In this document: positions 24,323 through 37,454 of the stretch, piece after piece
Layout of the letters: every line of letters starts with the position of its first letter
Position numbering within the stretch: position 1 is the first letter of the stretch
From: Eledone cirrhosa
Lineage: Eukaryota
NCBI GenBank assembly: GCA_964016885.1
Contig: OZ024755.1
Span: 29,202,001 to 29,266,000 of the forward strand
Reading direction: 5' to 3'
DNA length: 64,000 nt
Position numbers and translations under genes: made by a program
The notes under the pieces: generated by a model
What the model was told of the DNA's origin: nothing
Database searches by the model: none
What the model saw: only the letters and a program-made list of their open reading frames with translations

Positions 24323-25642
24323 TATTATCGTCTGTGAACCAGAAACTTTTGGTAATGGAGTAGTTATATTTTGCGTTGTTCACTTTCTAATTAAATATAT
24401 ACAGACACATATATACATTCATACATACATATACACATGGTGGCTGCCAACTCGTTTTCGAGTACGGTCACTACTTTATATCCATGTAGGAGAACCCCTA
24501 CCGATGCGCTGAACGAGTGAGACTTTTTAGTCCAGCCAACGACTTGAAAGATCTGGTACAAACACTACACTTGTGACAATTATTGACACATAGTGCTGGG
24601 CCCATAGTACCATGTGACGACAAGTGCAGAGAGATCACCAGATATAAAGCAATGCCTGTGCCGTGAAGGTTTTATAGTGAGCAAAGGCACTGCACAAAAC
24701 CAGTCCCACTCTCTTAACCAAGATGATATTTACCAAAAAGAAGAACAAGTCAACATCATTGGATACCATCAGAGTTGCAAGTGTTATATCAGAGTTTTCC
24801 TTCTCCTAGAATTCTACCTTGTCAAAGGCTAAAGGGTCATCTCTCCCGGTGATTTTGGATTGCCATAGACTCTTAAGAAGTCATTTGCCCTTTGACAGGT
24901 TTTGTTTTAGTCCTGCAGGATATCCAAAGTCACCCTCCTCACCAAGAAACCTTGGTAGGGTTGCCAGTTTAGTCGCCAACGACCCGACCATGAGACAGGT
25001 TGTACTGGGATACATTTTACCAGTAGCACCAACTGGTGATCTGACATAACATACATACATACATACATACATACATGCATACATATATACATATATATAA
25101 TATTAATAAAAGGAAAATATCTTTATGAAACCATATTTAGTTTATTATACGTATTTCAAGGGTAATAATTAGTATCCTTGATATTTTTCATTTAATAATA
25201 TTATTGATATCAATGTTACTCCAGATAAAAAACTGTTGAGTGCTTCTAATCTGTTGTAAAATTAGGTTTGTTGAATAATCAACAAACCGTATAACTCATT
25301 GTTTATATATACATATAACGAAGGAAGTGTGGTAAGGAACCAGGTGGACCATAATGCACCAGAGTACTCAATACATTTGGTAACAGAGTGGGTAATAGGA
25401 AAATGTTCAAGACCCCGACAGCAGAGCTCAAGCCGTTTCGACGGCTATTTCTGGAATAAATTAGAATTTTAGCGTGGTAGTAAATAGCCGAAAATTTAAA
25501 GGGCAAATTCCTTATATGGGTGTGCGATAATGATGCATTTCTGAAGATAATAGGAATACACGCCGATATAAGGAATTACCCCTTGAAAAGTTCGGCTATT
25601 TACTACCACGTTAAAAATCTAATTTTTGTGGATGAATATATA

Positions 25643-25685
<43 letters not shown>

Positions 25686-26670
25686 CCTTATATATATGCA
25701 TCCAGATACACATTGTCACGCAGACTTGTTAATGACTTATCTCTTAAAAAAACTCAGCTCAAATCCCAGAACATACGTTTTTGGTTGTTTTTTTTTTCCC
25801 TAAAATCATTCGCCAAATCATGAAAATCGTGCTGTTATTTCTGTATGTTAATAAAGTGAAATAAAATAGAAAAGAAGTTTAATCAGAATGTTAATTCTAA
25901 CTTGAAATTACATGTAACTTAATTTTTGCGTTCTAATTTGCACATAAATTATTTTTTACCTATCTCTAAAATTGTATCATTATACATTTCCAAGAAACTT
26001 AGATCGAGGCATTTAACTATAATAGATTCCACATGTAGATAGATTTCTACGCAGTTATATGAGAACGGTGGGGTGTATTGCATATTGGTGCTGTTCTTTG
26101 GTGAAGTATTGGTGTATTCGTGCTGACATTGCTGTTTTTACTCCAGTTCTACCTTAAATGAGTGGACCATGAATAAAATCATTCTAGCCAAGTCCATGCC
26201 GTATCTAAATCTTATTAAGTCCTGTTGGTCTTTTACTATGTTATTCAGTGTTGTACAAAATAATGTACCAGTAATGTACTGCGTGATTGCTGGTCTTGTG
26301 CCAAAAGTAGAAACAACTATGTTATTCAGTGTTGTCTTAGATTTCATCGTACAATTTTAATATTTAGTTTAATATAATCTCGCATGAAATAAAGAAATAC
26401 CATCGTTACTCGCAAGTTTCACTTTATTTTTCCCACTTGTGACACGGAGTTATCTAACTCGGTACAAAATTAATATCAAACCTTTTGTCATTTTAAACCA
26501 CCGTGTTTTTTATTCTTTTGTTACACAGATAATTACAGCTTTCGTTCATTTAAATTCGATGTCGGAAGACCTGACAAAACCATGGCACTTTCCTTATTCA
26601 CGTTTCTAGCATATAAGATAATCTGTAAGAGAAGGAAATACACATAGAAACGTATGCGAATCTGTATGTA

Positions 26671-26735
<65 letters not shown>

Positions 26736-26741
<6 letters not shown>

Positions 26742-26890
26742 GAGTCAGGTCCCCGACAGTTGAGCTCCGGCCGTTTCGACAGCTAGACCCGGAATTCGGA
26801 TCTAGCTGTTGAAACGGCCGGAGCTCAACCGTTGGGGTCCTGACTCTTTTCCTATTACCCACTCTACTACCCCAAGTATCGAGTACTCTG
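26736..26890 (+). mobile_element. Fold-back element, family A
   Basis: GGAAAAGAGTCAGG...GAATTC...CCTGACTCTTTTCC palindrome next to (TA)n(GA)n. Confidence 0.75.
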
Positions 26891-28884
26891 TTCTTGTGTT
26901 AAACATTTCTGTTTTTGTTCTAACATATGGTATTTCCCTAGTGTACCTATTCTTTATTGCCCAGTTCCATTTTATTGAGCCAATTGTATTTGACGGTTGA
27001 TTCGTTTTAATATCGGAGTTATGTATATATTTTCGGTTCGACTTTCAATTTCCATATATCTGGATTAGTCTGTAGTAATCCTATTTTCTTTATTTCCAGA
27101 GATCAATTTACAAATGAAGAACAGCTTTCAAAACTACCGCATGCCGTACGATATATTTTCTAAGATGTCATGGATACTTTTTGTTATAAACATTTCCTGT
27201 CTGGAATAAAACTGCGTTTTGTCTAACATTTACATTCGGTTTCCAATATGCTGGTCTCATTCGTTTGAGGATTAGAGAATATTCTCTCAACCATACAACT
27301 CACATATTAATATTTGGGCTAGGGCGGTAGAGAGTCAGACACCATGCTTTGCAGCATAGAGTTACGGTCCTTTACGGTCTGAGTTCAAATCTCGCCAAGG
27401 GTAACTCTGCCTTTTATCCTTACGGGGTCGATAAAATAAAACATCAGTAACGTACTGGGGTCGATTTAATCGCCTTCCCCGCAAAAAATGAATTACTGGC
27501 CTTGTGCCTATACTAGAAATCATACTAATATTTGGGTTTAATGATAATTTGTGAAACAATTAATGGTAATTATACACAGTGTCATGGCGTATTTATGTTT
27601 TTAATTAATCAGAAGAAATATCTAAGAATGTGTACCTCTATATTTATGCTACGTTATGAGTTTTACATAAAATATTGCATTTTCAATGCATGTTTCATTG
27701 TTCATTACGTTTGAATAAGTAACCCATTGTTGTTTGGGTATTTTAAATATAAATCCGGTTTCATATAATGCATTATTGTCAAGACTGTGTGATACATTGA
27801 ATGTTGGTTTACATGGGGATGTATCAAATGTTACTCTAAGTGTACTGTAAACTAGATTCTCGAAATACATTTTGAAGGCCAGTATAACGATTGTGAACAT
27901 AGATTACTCATCAAGCTTCCTGTATTATTGATATCTATCGACCTTTAAATTAACTGAACCGGGAAATGTGTGTTAAGTCTCTGTTTTGCCTTTCATCCTT
28001 ACGGGGTCGATGAAAAAAAGTACCAGTAATGTAATGCTGGCATTGTGCTAAAAGTAGAAACAATTATTTTATTCTGTAACCCCATGTACACATTCAAGAT
28101 CAGGTATGTCATATAGTAGAATTATTGTAATAAAGAGAGCAGGCAGCATTACATTAGTAACCTATATACGCTTGCATGTTTAATCAACGTCAAATAAACT
28201 GGCAGATGGAATAGAAATGGAAAAGTTTCTAATTCTAATTATTTGACCCAGCTCAATCATCTAATAATTCGAAATTCCCAATTATTTGCCTAGATAATTC
28301 GCTCTAGTTGATAAGAGATTATATGTAGGAATTTCAAGACAATGACATATTAGTTAATTCTAGAGTGAAATTATCTCTATTGATGTATGTCCTTTTTGCA
28401 GAGTTAACGATTCAAATACGAGAAACGTGTTTATTCAATGAATCTCTGTTAGACGGTACGTCATGCACATATGTCTTGCTTAAAATTGTCAAAAAAATGT
28501 TTGCCATAATGCCGCAAATGCGTGGAGGATTTACGTAAGAATCTTAGGACCAGAATATTGTCGAATCATTGCTTCTGCTTCGAAGAATCTTATTCCAGTG
28601 GATGAACAACTACATGATTTTACTTAGATATTTTGATGATATTCTCGAAAGTTAACAAACAGTTATATTTATTCCTATAAACAATAATAATAACTTTTTT
28701 TCGAAAATATACCTTGATTAAGAAATACAAGTCTTCTCTTCTGGTACATGTGTCATGGTTTATGTTTATAAATATTTCATCCGGAACTACAATTACACCG
28801 TGCTTCGAAGTTACAGTATATTTAATCAGGGATTTTCATGAGAATTTTATTTAGGATTATTAATTAGGGAAAACATATTAAACA

Positions 28885-29430
28885 TAATTGTTTCTACTTC
28901 AGGCACAAGGCCAGCAATTACTCAGTGCATTACTGGTACTTTATTTTATCGACCCCGTAAGGATGAAAGGCAAAGTCAACCTCGGCGGGATTTGAACTCA
29001 TATCGTAAAGGGACATAACTATGCTGGAAAGCATGGCGTCCGATATATTAAACATAATTGTTTCTACTTTAGGCACAAGGCCAGCAAGTATCCAGTGCAT
29101 TACTGGTACTTTATTTTATCGACCCCGTAAGGATGAAAGGCAAAGTCAACCTCCTCGGAGGGATTTGAACTCAGATCGTAAAGGGACGTAACTATGCTGG
29201 AAAGCATGGCGTCTGACCCTCTAGCGATACTGCCAATCCACCTAAACATAATTGTTTCTACTTTTGACACAAGGCCAGCAATTACCCAGTACATTACTGG
29301 TACTTTATTTTATCGACCCCGTAAGGATGAAAGGCAAAGTTAACCTTGGAGGGATTTGAACCCAGTCCGTAAAGGGACGTAACTCTATGCTAGAAAGCAT
29401 GGCGTCCGAACCTCTACTGATACTGCCAAT
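28885..29430 (-). mobile_element. Three tandem SINE family 1 copies
   Basis: Each preceded by TAAACATAATTG. Confidence 0.88.
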
Positions 29431-31854
29431 AATACTGTGATATATGATCCATGAGTTTCATCTAACTTTCATATAATGGAAACATAACACTCCAATAAGC
29501 TGCTCTTTCTTGCTGTAATGAAGCTGTCAGTTACTATACGTAGGCATTAAAGTTTAGATAGATAGGTGAATTTGGTACGTTTTGGCCTAAGCTATTAGTA
29601 TATTTGCTAGAATGTTTGTGGCAGCGCTGATACTAATTTGTCAGCACATTTATATTTAACATTTAATATTTAAAATGACAGATCTGCAATCCCCGAGATT
29701 AATGATGTATTTGCATTGTGATGTGTGCTTACCTGTTATTGTTCTGTGGTTGATGATGGTTCAGAATTTCTTGGCTTTCAGTTTTAATACCTATACCAAA
29801 AATATTATAAAACACTATTCCAGAAAATCAATTAGAACAATCTCTCTAATCTCGTCAGCTCGAGCCTCTTATATATGTTTGTTTGTGCTGTTGAATTGTA
29901 CACGAATTAAGTTCAAGATATTATTCAACACAGACATATTCAAAGAGTCAAATTTACCTGAAAATAACGATACTTCATACCTTGCTTCAGGTGTTTGTTC
30001 GACGTTACTTTCATTGTTTCGGAAAACATTTTAAAAGCAGTCATACCCATCCACAAGTGCTTCAGTAGTATTACCCCTTGCTGACCTGTGTATGTTTGAT
30101 AGATACTTCACAGTTGGCGCCTTTCTTTGTTCTTCAAAACTTAATTAGATTTTCCAATCTGCTAATTGATGCAGAGAAAAAGGTTCATAACATTTGTATG
30201 AAGCAAAATTAACTGACAACTTCATGAAAGCAAGTGATAGTAGCCCATTCAACTCGATTCATTCGGACCTGGTGGCTGCGTCAGTTGTCCGTAAGGCCTG
30301 ACTTTCATCGTCTTTTCGTTGTTTAGCTACATATATAATTGCCTGCGCAGTAGACGAGGGTTAGCAGCATAAACGATGAAACAGACACGTACTTCTTATC
30401 CTTAAGTCTATGATACTAACTATAGTGACGTGTTGAAAAGAGTTGTGAAGCATTCTACAGCGTGAGCAAAGTAAAACCGTACAACTACGAACAAGCTCTG
30501 CGCTCTCACATAATGCCAAGATGACTCAACAATGGGTGAGTCTCAATCTCCTCGATCAGCACACACGAAACAAATGATTTTGTAGCTTTGAATGCATTGG
30601 GCTATTACGTATGGTGTAGTAAAAAATAACGTCAATCAACGCCGCCATAACGCTATAAAATCTCTGAAGGTCTGAGATTTTGTAAAAAGAACTTTTGTTA
30701 AAACGTTTTGTTAAAAAAACGTGTATCATATTTACTGTCAAAACACCTCATGCCTCAAACAAGTTATCCCAATACATTCAGCCCTTCTGACACTGAGCCC
30801 ACCATTGGCAGCATGCGTATCACTTTGGGACCTTAGGGTACATTGAGTTTCAAAGCGTGCCCATTTGTATAAGAGTGACACAAGGGGAGTGGCCTCCTCT
30901 GCTCTACTTTAAGCCCGGTCATGGTTATATTATTTTCCACAATATTTTACAGCGTGCATTTTCTTTAAGAGTTACGTTTCCTTAATTGGAACAATTATTA
31001 GGAGATATCAATCTAATTTTTCTTCCTTTTTCTATTAAATTGATTTTACTGAGATTTAAATAAAACACTTTATTAAATTCAGTGATTAATTCTCAGTCTA
31101 TTAAATGATATTTGGTTTGACGCCGTGAAAGAACTCTACACATCTTAGGTTCATGCACTACGCGTTAATCGCTGTAGTACATTAGAATTATGTATAACAA
31201 CACTATTTCGTATAATCCATATTATTGAGCGATACCATCAGTTATTAAATATCTATAATATTAAACATGTTTTAAACAATTGGAAAATATAAGATATCTG
31301 TATTCGTTATAATATACATAAAGGATCAGGCATGAATTTTCTTTTTGAATTATTATCTAGGTATCGGATTGGAATGGTATAGAATGACAAAGATGACATG
31401 TTTGATAGAGTTATTGCCTTGATTTAGATCTCGATGTATTATTTGATTTAGAATATAGAATAAATCTCATTTACGCTGCATATGAAACTAATAATAAATA
31501 TACGATATATGATTCAATATATGAACAGAATAGAGTATATTATTGCAGTTGGTTATCATTACCGGTAGCATCCTGCTTTATCTTTATTGCAGTGACTACA
31601 TAAGTTCAATGTATTTATTATGAATTGAAATATTTAGAGGCTAATACTAACTCACCTTCGCTGCGTTTATGAATGCAAAATCAAAATATATTGATTAATA
31701 TTATCCTAGATGGGTGAATTGAAAACTTAATATTACTGAGTAAAATAGATTCCAAAATGATTTACAATAAAGATTTCATCTATATATATTTTATTTACAT
31801 TTCGATTTTCTGAGAATTTAACTCCAGTAATATACAGAATTTAACTCCAACATA

Positions 31855-31948
31855 TACAGCGTGTGTGTCCCCAAAATGTATATACACTTCAACAGCATTC
31901 TAATAAATATTGCCTGTACAGGTACTAATTTTTAGGGGACAGCCAGTA
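31855..31948. mobile_element. Small Tc1/mariner-like MITE remnant
   Basis: TACAG..TGTCCCCAAAA / TTTTAGGGGACAG.CAGTA inverted ends. Confidence 0.45.
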
Positions 31949-32151
31949 TATATTTTGACGGAGTTAGCTACATCTTAAGTGTGGTATCGTATAGCTTGAA
32001 TTCAATTTCATCTAATATTTTTAGTTTAAGCATCTGTCTTTAATTTACATATGAGTTTTGATTTCTACATTTGCAACGTGTTGTAGAAGGCGGCGAATTG
32101 GCAGAGTCGTAAAGACGTCGGATAGAGTGCTTTACAACAGAGTCATATCTA

Positions 32152-32282
32152 TAGGAAAATAGTCAGGACCCCGACGGCTGAGGTCCCGCCATTTCGACAG
32201 CTAGATCCGAACGGTTCTAGAATTCGGATCTACCTGTCGAAACGGCCGGAGCTCAGCCGTCGGGGTCCTGACTCTTTTCCTA
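32152..32282. mobile_element. Fold-back element, family A
   Basis: ~55-bp inverted arms around TTCTAGAA, right end in (TA)n. Confidence 0.75.
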
Positions 32283-32304
32283 TATATATATATATTATAT
32301 ATCT

Positions 32305-32570
32305 AAGGCGGGTAAAATTCCCGAGATCCATGGACGAGTTCTCTCCAGCGGTCTCTGTCCTTCATTATCGCTGCCATGTCCTGCGTCTCCAACAGACCAG
32401 TGTCTGTCCCTAGGGCATCAACGTACGTTAACCTTGGTCTTCCATCTTCTAGTGTGTCCATGTAGGGGCTCCCAAAGGAGCACTGAGTGCAATTTCAACT
32501 CTGGATGTCGGTGAGCATGTCCAGCTAACCTCAGTCTCCTCTGTGTCACTTTTGAGCTGACTTTTGGGAT
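32305..32570 (-). mobile_element. RTE-clade LINE 3' fragment
   Basis: RRLRLAGHAHRH, LLWEP, then frameshifted TYVDAL..DTG..MKDRDRW. Confidence 0.75.
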
Positions 32571-32648
32571 ATATATATTATATATATATATATTACATAT
32601 ATAGTGACGAAACATAAGTCAATTGCATGAACTCATAATCCTTTATTT

Positions 32649-32704
32649 ACTGCTATATATATTTCGATGATAGCCATTGAATGGATATGACCTCATCAGG
32701 AAGT
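32649..32704 (-). ncRNA. Hammerhead ribozyme, inverted copy of 32782
   Basis: Reverse complement of the 32782-32837 motif with one substitution each in stems I and II. Confidence 0.7.
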
Positions 32705-32781
32705 TAGTCAGTTCTTAGATATGCCAGCTCTGTGTGTATGGTGTTGATGGTATCAGAGCCTTGGGATATAAGAACTGACTA

Positions 32782-32837
32782 ACTGCCTGATGAGGTCATA
32801 GCCATTCAATGGCTATCATCGAAATATATATAGCAGT
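32782..32837 (+). ncRNA. Minimal type-I hammerhead ribozyme
   Basis: ACTGC-CTGATGA-GGTC ATAGCCATT c AATGGCTAT CATC-GAAA-TATATA-TA-GCAGT; palindromic stem III, AUA site. Confidence 0.85.
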
Positions 32838-34269
32838 AAATATATTCAGATATTGATACATATTGATGAATTCAGATATTGATACATTTTGTTTGAAATA
32901 TATTCGTTTTCATTGGTACACGCTCAGAAAATTTCAAAGAGTTAAAAGGAAGATTAGAATTAAATTAGAAGAATTCATTGCTTTAAATAGGTATCAAGAC
33001 ATTCAATCACGCAGAGTAAGAAGGTGCATTTGTAATAAAATCAATTAGTTTCAAATTTTGAAAGGAGTCTACATGAATCGACTTGGCAAGAAATTAATTT
33101 ACCAAACTGAAAGAGAGATTACATTGATTCATTTGGGATTTGTACTAAGAACATAAAAATCTGTAACTAAATACCGTCAAGCATTTTATTAGATCCCCCC
33201 CACGACCCTACCAATCCACCATCCCTGTTTTCACTAATATGAGGAATACAATATCTACATGGGTTTCAATGGAACGACCTTTATGCCTTTATGTTTATTG
33301 GAAATACATAATATTCACAATATCCATTCCGAACTTTTAAGATTTCAGTCTTCAGACTAGAAATAATTATAATCCTATGCAATTCTTGTTAAACGCTTCA
33401 GTTTAATTACTTCTACAAGAACTTAATTAACACTATTTATGTCCCTAATTTAATTCTAATAATGTTCTGTCGATATTAGTTATTATAATTACTATGGGCA
33501 TTATTTATTAAGCTGTGCACATTAATTAAATCCTGATCACAAACATTTGGTGTATTACAAAGACCAGCGAAATCTAACTATCAGGTTAAATATTGTCATT
33601 CCCATTATACGACTATAAAATAAATGATATACGAGAATTTATTGCCAAATGTATTATAGCCTGGCATGACAACATTCCTTTATACATTTACAGTCTTTTG
33701 ATGAAAACAATTAACGATATTTATGCAGTTATATATTGTTTTCTTTGTGTGTATATACTCGACACTGTCATGAACCAGATTGCTATAAAACGTAGTTAAT
33801 CGGCCCAATAACTAAGTATGAAACATATATCTATTGATCCGGTTATGCCATACCCATGTGTGGTTGGGGAGGATAGCACGCTTTCTATTATACAACATAT
33901 GCATGTAGTGCAATAGTGTTGCCTGTCATATTAAATGATCTTCAATTTCCGGTTTGTTTCTACACATCTATAGATGCTGATGTTTATGCAGCATAGCTGA
34001 ATGGTGAAGACGTTCAGTTGGCATTCATTACGACATATATTTGATCCTATTATACAATTGCCGTTTATTTTAAGCTCCGGTCAAGCCAAGCCGTGTAAGT
34101 GAAATTATTTAAACAGAAAATGTTTGAAAGCCCTTTGGAAGAATGGTATCTCTAATTCAACGGTAATCCTTGTAGCCCAGTATGTGAGACCGGCAGTAGA
34201 ATACTCAGCCCCTTCCGTTGTACATTTAAGTAGGTCTCGAATTTTTCATATATATATATATATATATAT

Positions 34270-34452
34270 AACAAAGGAATTGTGGTAAGGAACCAGATGG
34301 ACTCAATATTTAGGGTAGTAGAGAGGGAAATGGGAAAAGTATGACCCCGACGGCAGAGCTGAAGCTGTTTCGACGGCTATTTGTGGACTCAAATAGTCCA
34401 GAAGTAGCCGTCGAAACGGCTTGAGCTCTGCTGTCGGGGTCATACTTTTTCT

Positions 34453-34483
<31 letters not shown>

Positions 34484-34640
34484 AATTCGGGACCCAGACG
34501 GCTGCGGCCCTGCCGTTTCAACAGCGAGATCCGTTGAAACGACAGGAGCCCAGCCGTCTGAGTCCCGAATTTTTCATATTATATTATCCATTCTGCTACC
34601 CCAAGTATCGAGTACTTAGGTGAGTAATGGTCTATTCTGA
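34270..34640. mobile_element. Two adjacent fold-back elements, family A (second is a divergent subfamily)
   Basis: Palindromes at 34330-34452 and 34482-34575 separated by (TA)n. Confidence 0.7.
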
Positions 34641-34885
34641 TATATATATATATATATAAATATATTCTACAAGTATCTCCCAGTCCAGGATTGAACCCCA
34701 GACCTGGATTGAACCTCCAAGCCGCCGAAACTGATATATATATATATATATATAATAGTAGAAGGCTGGAGTGTTATATCCATAGTAACAGAGCCCTCAG
34801 TTCATGGGACGAGTTTGGTTTAAGTAGTTCCACAACAGTTGATTCATCATATCGAGAACAAATGTTTCACCGTATACGGATTTAG

Positions 34886-34928
34886 ACCGAGCTGAGGATC
34901 CGAACAAGGTGAAACATTTGTTCTCGGT
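34886..34928 (+). ncRNA. Minimal type-I hammerhead ribozyme
   Basis: ACCGAG-CTGAGGA-TCC gaacaa GGT-GAAAC attt GTT-CTCGGT; GUU site; inside a fold-back element (~34825-34955). Confidence 0.7.
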
Positions 34929-34952
34929 TTGGTGAACTAACTGTTGTGGAAC

Positions 34953-35016
<64 letters not shown>

Positions 35017-35056
35017 ATGAAATATAAGAATCAAAGAACTGTTCAAAACATTTTTA

Positions 35057-35103
35057 TGCTTACAACTGTTTCCTCCAAACCGAGGTTTGGATTCTTCGGA
35101 GCA
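35057..35103 (-). ncRNA. Degenerate hammerhead ribozyme
   Basis: Minus strand TGCT-CCGAAGA-ATCCAAACC tc GGTTTGGAG-GAAAC agtt GTA-AGCA; U4C core change, probably inactive; 3' tail resembles the 6326 element. Confidence 0.6.
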
Positions 35104-35294
35104 ATTTATTAATGAATGAACACTTATATGACCTCCTTTTCACCCAAGAGACATACAGATACATATGCAAATATTGTGGGTCAACATTCATTACAGCATT
35201 TAGAGTGGCAGTACACACTTAGAGATTACATTCATATATATGTATATATATGTATATATATGTATATATATGTATATATATATATATATGTATT

Positions 35295-35328
<34 letters not shown>

Positions 35329-35400
35329 TATATATATACATATGTTGATTTAAAACTTCACTATTCACAAGTGTTTTTTAAGCTTCATATCATATATCCC

Positions 35401-35471
35401 TATTTTATCTGATGAGAACGCAGATATCATCCCATGATGATATTTGTTTTTGAAATGCTCATAATAAAATA
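35401..35471 (+). ncRNA. Minimal type-I hammerhead ribozyme (5187 family)
   Basis: TATTTTAT-CTGATGA-GAACGCAGATATCATC ccat GATGATATTTGTTTTT-GAAA-TGCTCA-TA-ATAAAATA, between two (TA)-rich tracts. Confidence 0.82.
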
Positions 35472-36530
35472 CTTGGAACTCTTTTAACTCTTTAATATAT
35501 ATATATATTATCGTTAATCTAATAAGACTTTGTGTAATCGTACAACTATGTTTGTCAGAATAACTACGCAAACCAATATACGTATATATATATATAACCT
35601 TTTAGGTCACTCATCAACCCCAACAATAGTAAACTAATACTCCAAACCGAACCCAGAGTCTGTACAGGAATACAATTACTCAGCTGGTAGACACTGTAAT
35701 ATAACGACGACGAAAAGCAGACATCCCAACAGATAACTCATGTCTTATCAATAAAACCTGAAACGCCCAACCATATCGATTACCCAGTGGATACGGAGAT
35801 TATAACAAAAAATATATCAAATTACATATGTCAGTCCGTCCCATAAGTAGTTTCCGACATTTGGGTAATAAAACAAGCCATAAAATTTTATTAAACATTG
35901 ACCTTGTATACGATTTCTATCATTATCTATGACTTCTCTCCATCGACATATCAGTTCTTTAATTCCGTTGGTAGAACACCATTTTGATTTTGATGTGAAG
36001 AAGGAAGAGAGGTCAGTTTCGATCTCTTAGGGTCTTTTGAGTACAAGTCCGTCAGCGTTTCCCAACGTGGGCGCTGTTGTTTGGGGCCGTTGAAAGTTTT
36101 TATTTTTCTTTCAAATTTTCGAAAATTAAAAAAAAAAATGTTTCCACCTGGCGACAAATTCCTGGCACCACGTGTAACTGGTGTCGCTAAAGTGAACCCG
36201 GCAAAACAAAAAAAACTAAACTAAACAAAAACAAAACAAAAAAAAACAGATGAATGGTGACGCGACTAAAAGAATAATAATATACAAAAAAAAACAATGA
36301 ATAAAAGCGAAAAGCTGAATGTGTATATTTGTGGGCAAATATATAAAGAATGGTGGCCAGAATTTAGGATGAACCCGGCCTATGGGAGTGTCTGATAGGT
36401 ATGTGTTTGTATCGCGTGTATGTGAGTGTGTTGACGTTTTGAATTCATTCGTGCGATTAACCTTAAATTGACCATTGGTGATTAAAGGCCCAACCAACTT
36501 GCTTGATTGATTACTTTACTTACTTACAAT

Positions 36531-36621
36531 CTAGCGAGACAGGTTCGAACCATCAACCTAATGATGACAACCTCGTATAACAAACTACAATCCCCTGCTC
36601 TATCAACTGAGCTATCGGTTG
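36531..36621 (-). pseudogene. Intron-containing tRNA-Tyr(GTA) pseudogene
   Basis: Minus strand ..CGATAGCTCAGTTGATAGAGCAGGGGATTGTAG-[19 nt]-ATCATTAGGTTGATGGTTCGAACCTGTCTCG; follows the eukaryotic tRNA-Tyr layout but acceptor, T and anticodon stems are mispaired. Confidence 0.7.
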
Positions 36622-37267
36622 ACTCGCTGCTTACCACCGTATTTAACATATATGAATTAGGAAAGCCTGAATGAAATTGGATTTCATTAGTTCAGAATAT
36701 ATTTATTAAGAATATATTGCAGCCATCATGGCTAACATGTATATTTTTTTTACACAGAGATTATAGAAATTCATTATTCAATAGGGCTTTCTCTTTTAAA
36801 GGTGCAGGTAGTAATTTATACGGTGATTTATGAGATATTTCTAGGAGAGTATTCGCCGTTGACTTATGAAGTCATAGTATAAGCTTAAAGTTGGTTAAAG
36901 CATTGGAGAAAGATTCTGTATGTATTACTATACTCAAAATATAAAACTAAAATAATTATACAAAAGAATGAACTCTAAAGATGATGAACACAACCACAAC
37001 GATATGGTCCGAACTTGGAAGTGCCAAACTCTCACTGTTATCGCATCCATCTCTCTCGTCCTCCACCAGAAGGAGGAAGGGCAAAGTTAACCTCGGTGGG
37101 ATTTGAACTCAGAACGTAGAGGACCATAAGGCTATGCTGCAAAGCATGGCCTCTAACGCACTACGTTTTTAAATTAGGCAACAGGCCAGCAATTGGAAGG
37201 AAATGGGAAGTCAGTTATAACAAATACAGTACTCGAACGATAATTCATATTATTAATTACTAAATAG

Positions 37268-37454
37268 GGAGGTGGATTGGCAGTATCGGTAGAGGGTCGG
37301 ACGCCATGCTTTCCAGCATAGTTACGTCCCTTTACGATCTGAGTTCAAATCCCGCTGAGGTTGACTTTGCCTTTCATCCTTCCGGGGTCGATAAAATAAA
37401 GTACCAGTAATGCACTGGGTAATTGCTGGCCTTGCGCCTAAAGTAGAAACAATT
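37268..37454 (+). mobile_element. SINE family 1
   Basis: Full length, TSD ATTAATTACTAAATA. Confidence 0.9.

Noticed and set aside
30325-30541. TATA-like sequence plus short MTQQW first exon with GTGAGT donor
   Set aside because: Signals too short to distinguish from chance without transcript data
32863-33048. Second GIY-YIG-like remnant (RIKLEEFIALNR)
   Set aside because: Similarity too weak, and it lies downstream of the same-strand ribozyme rather than upstream
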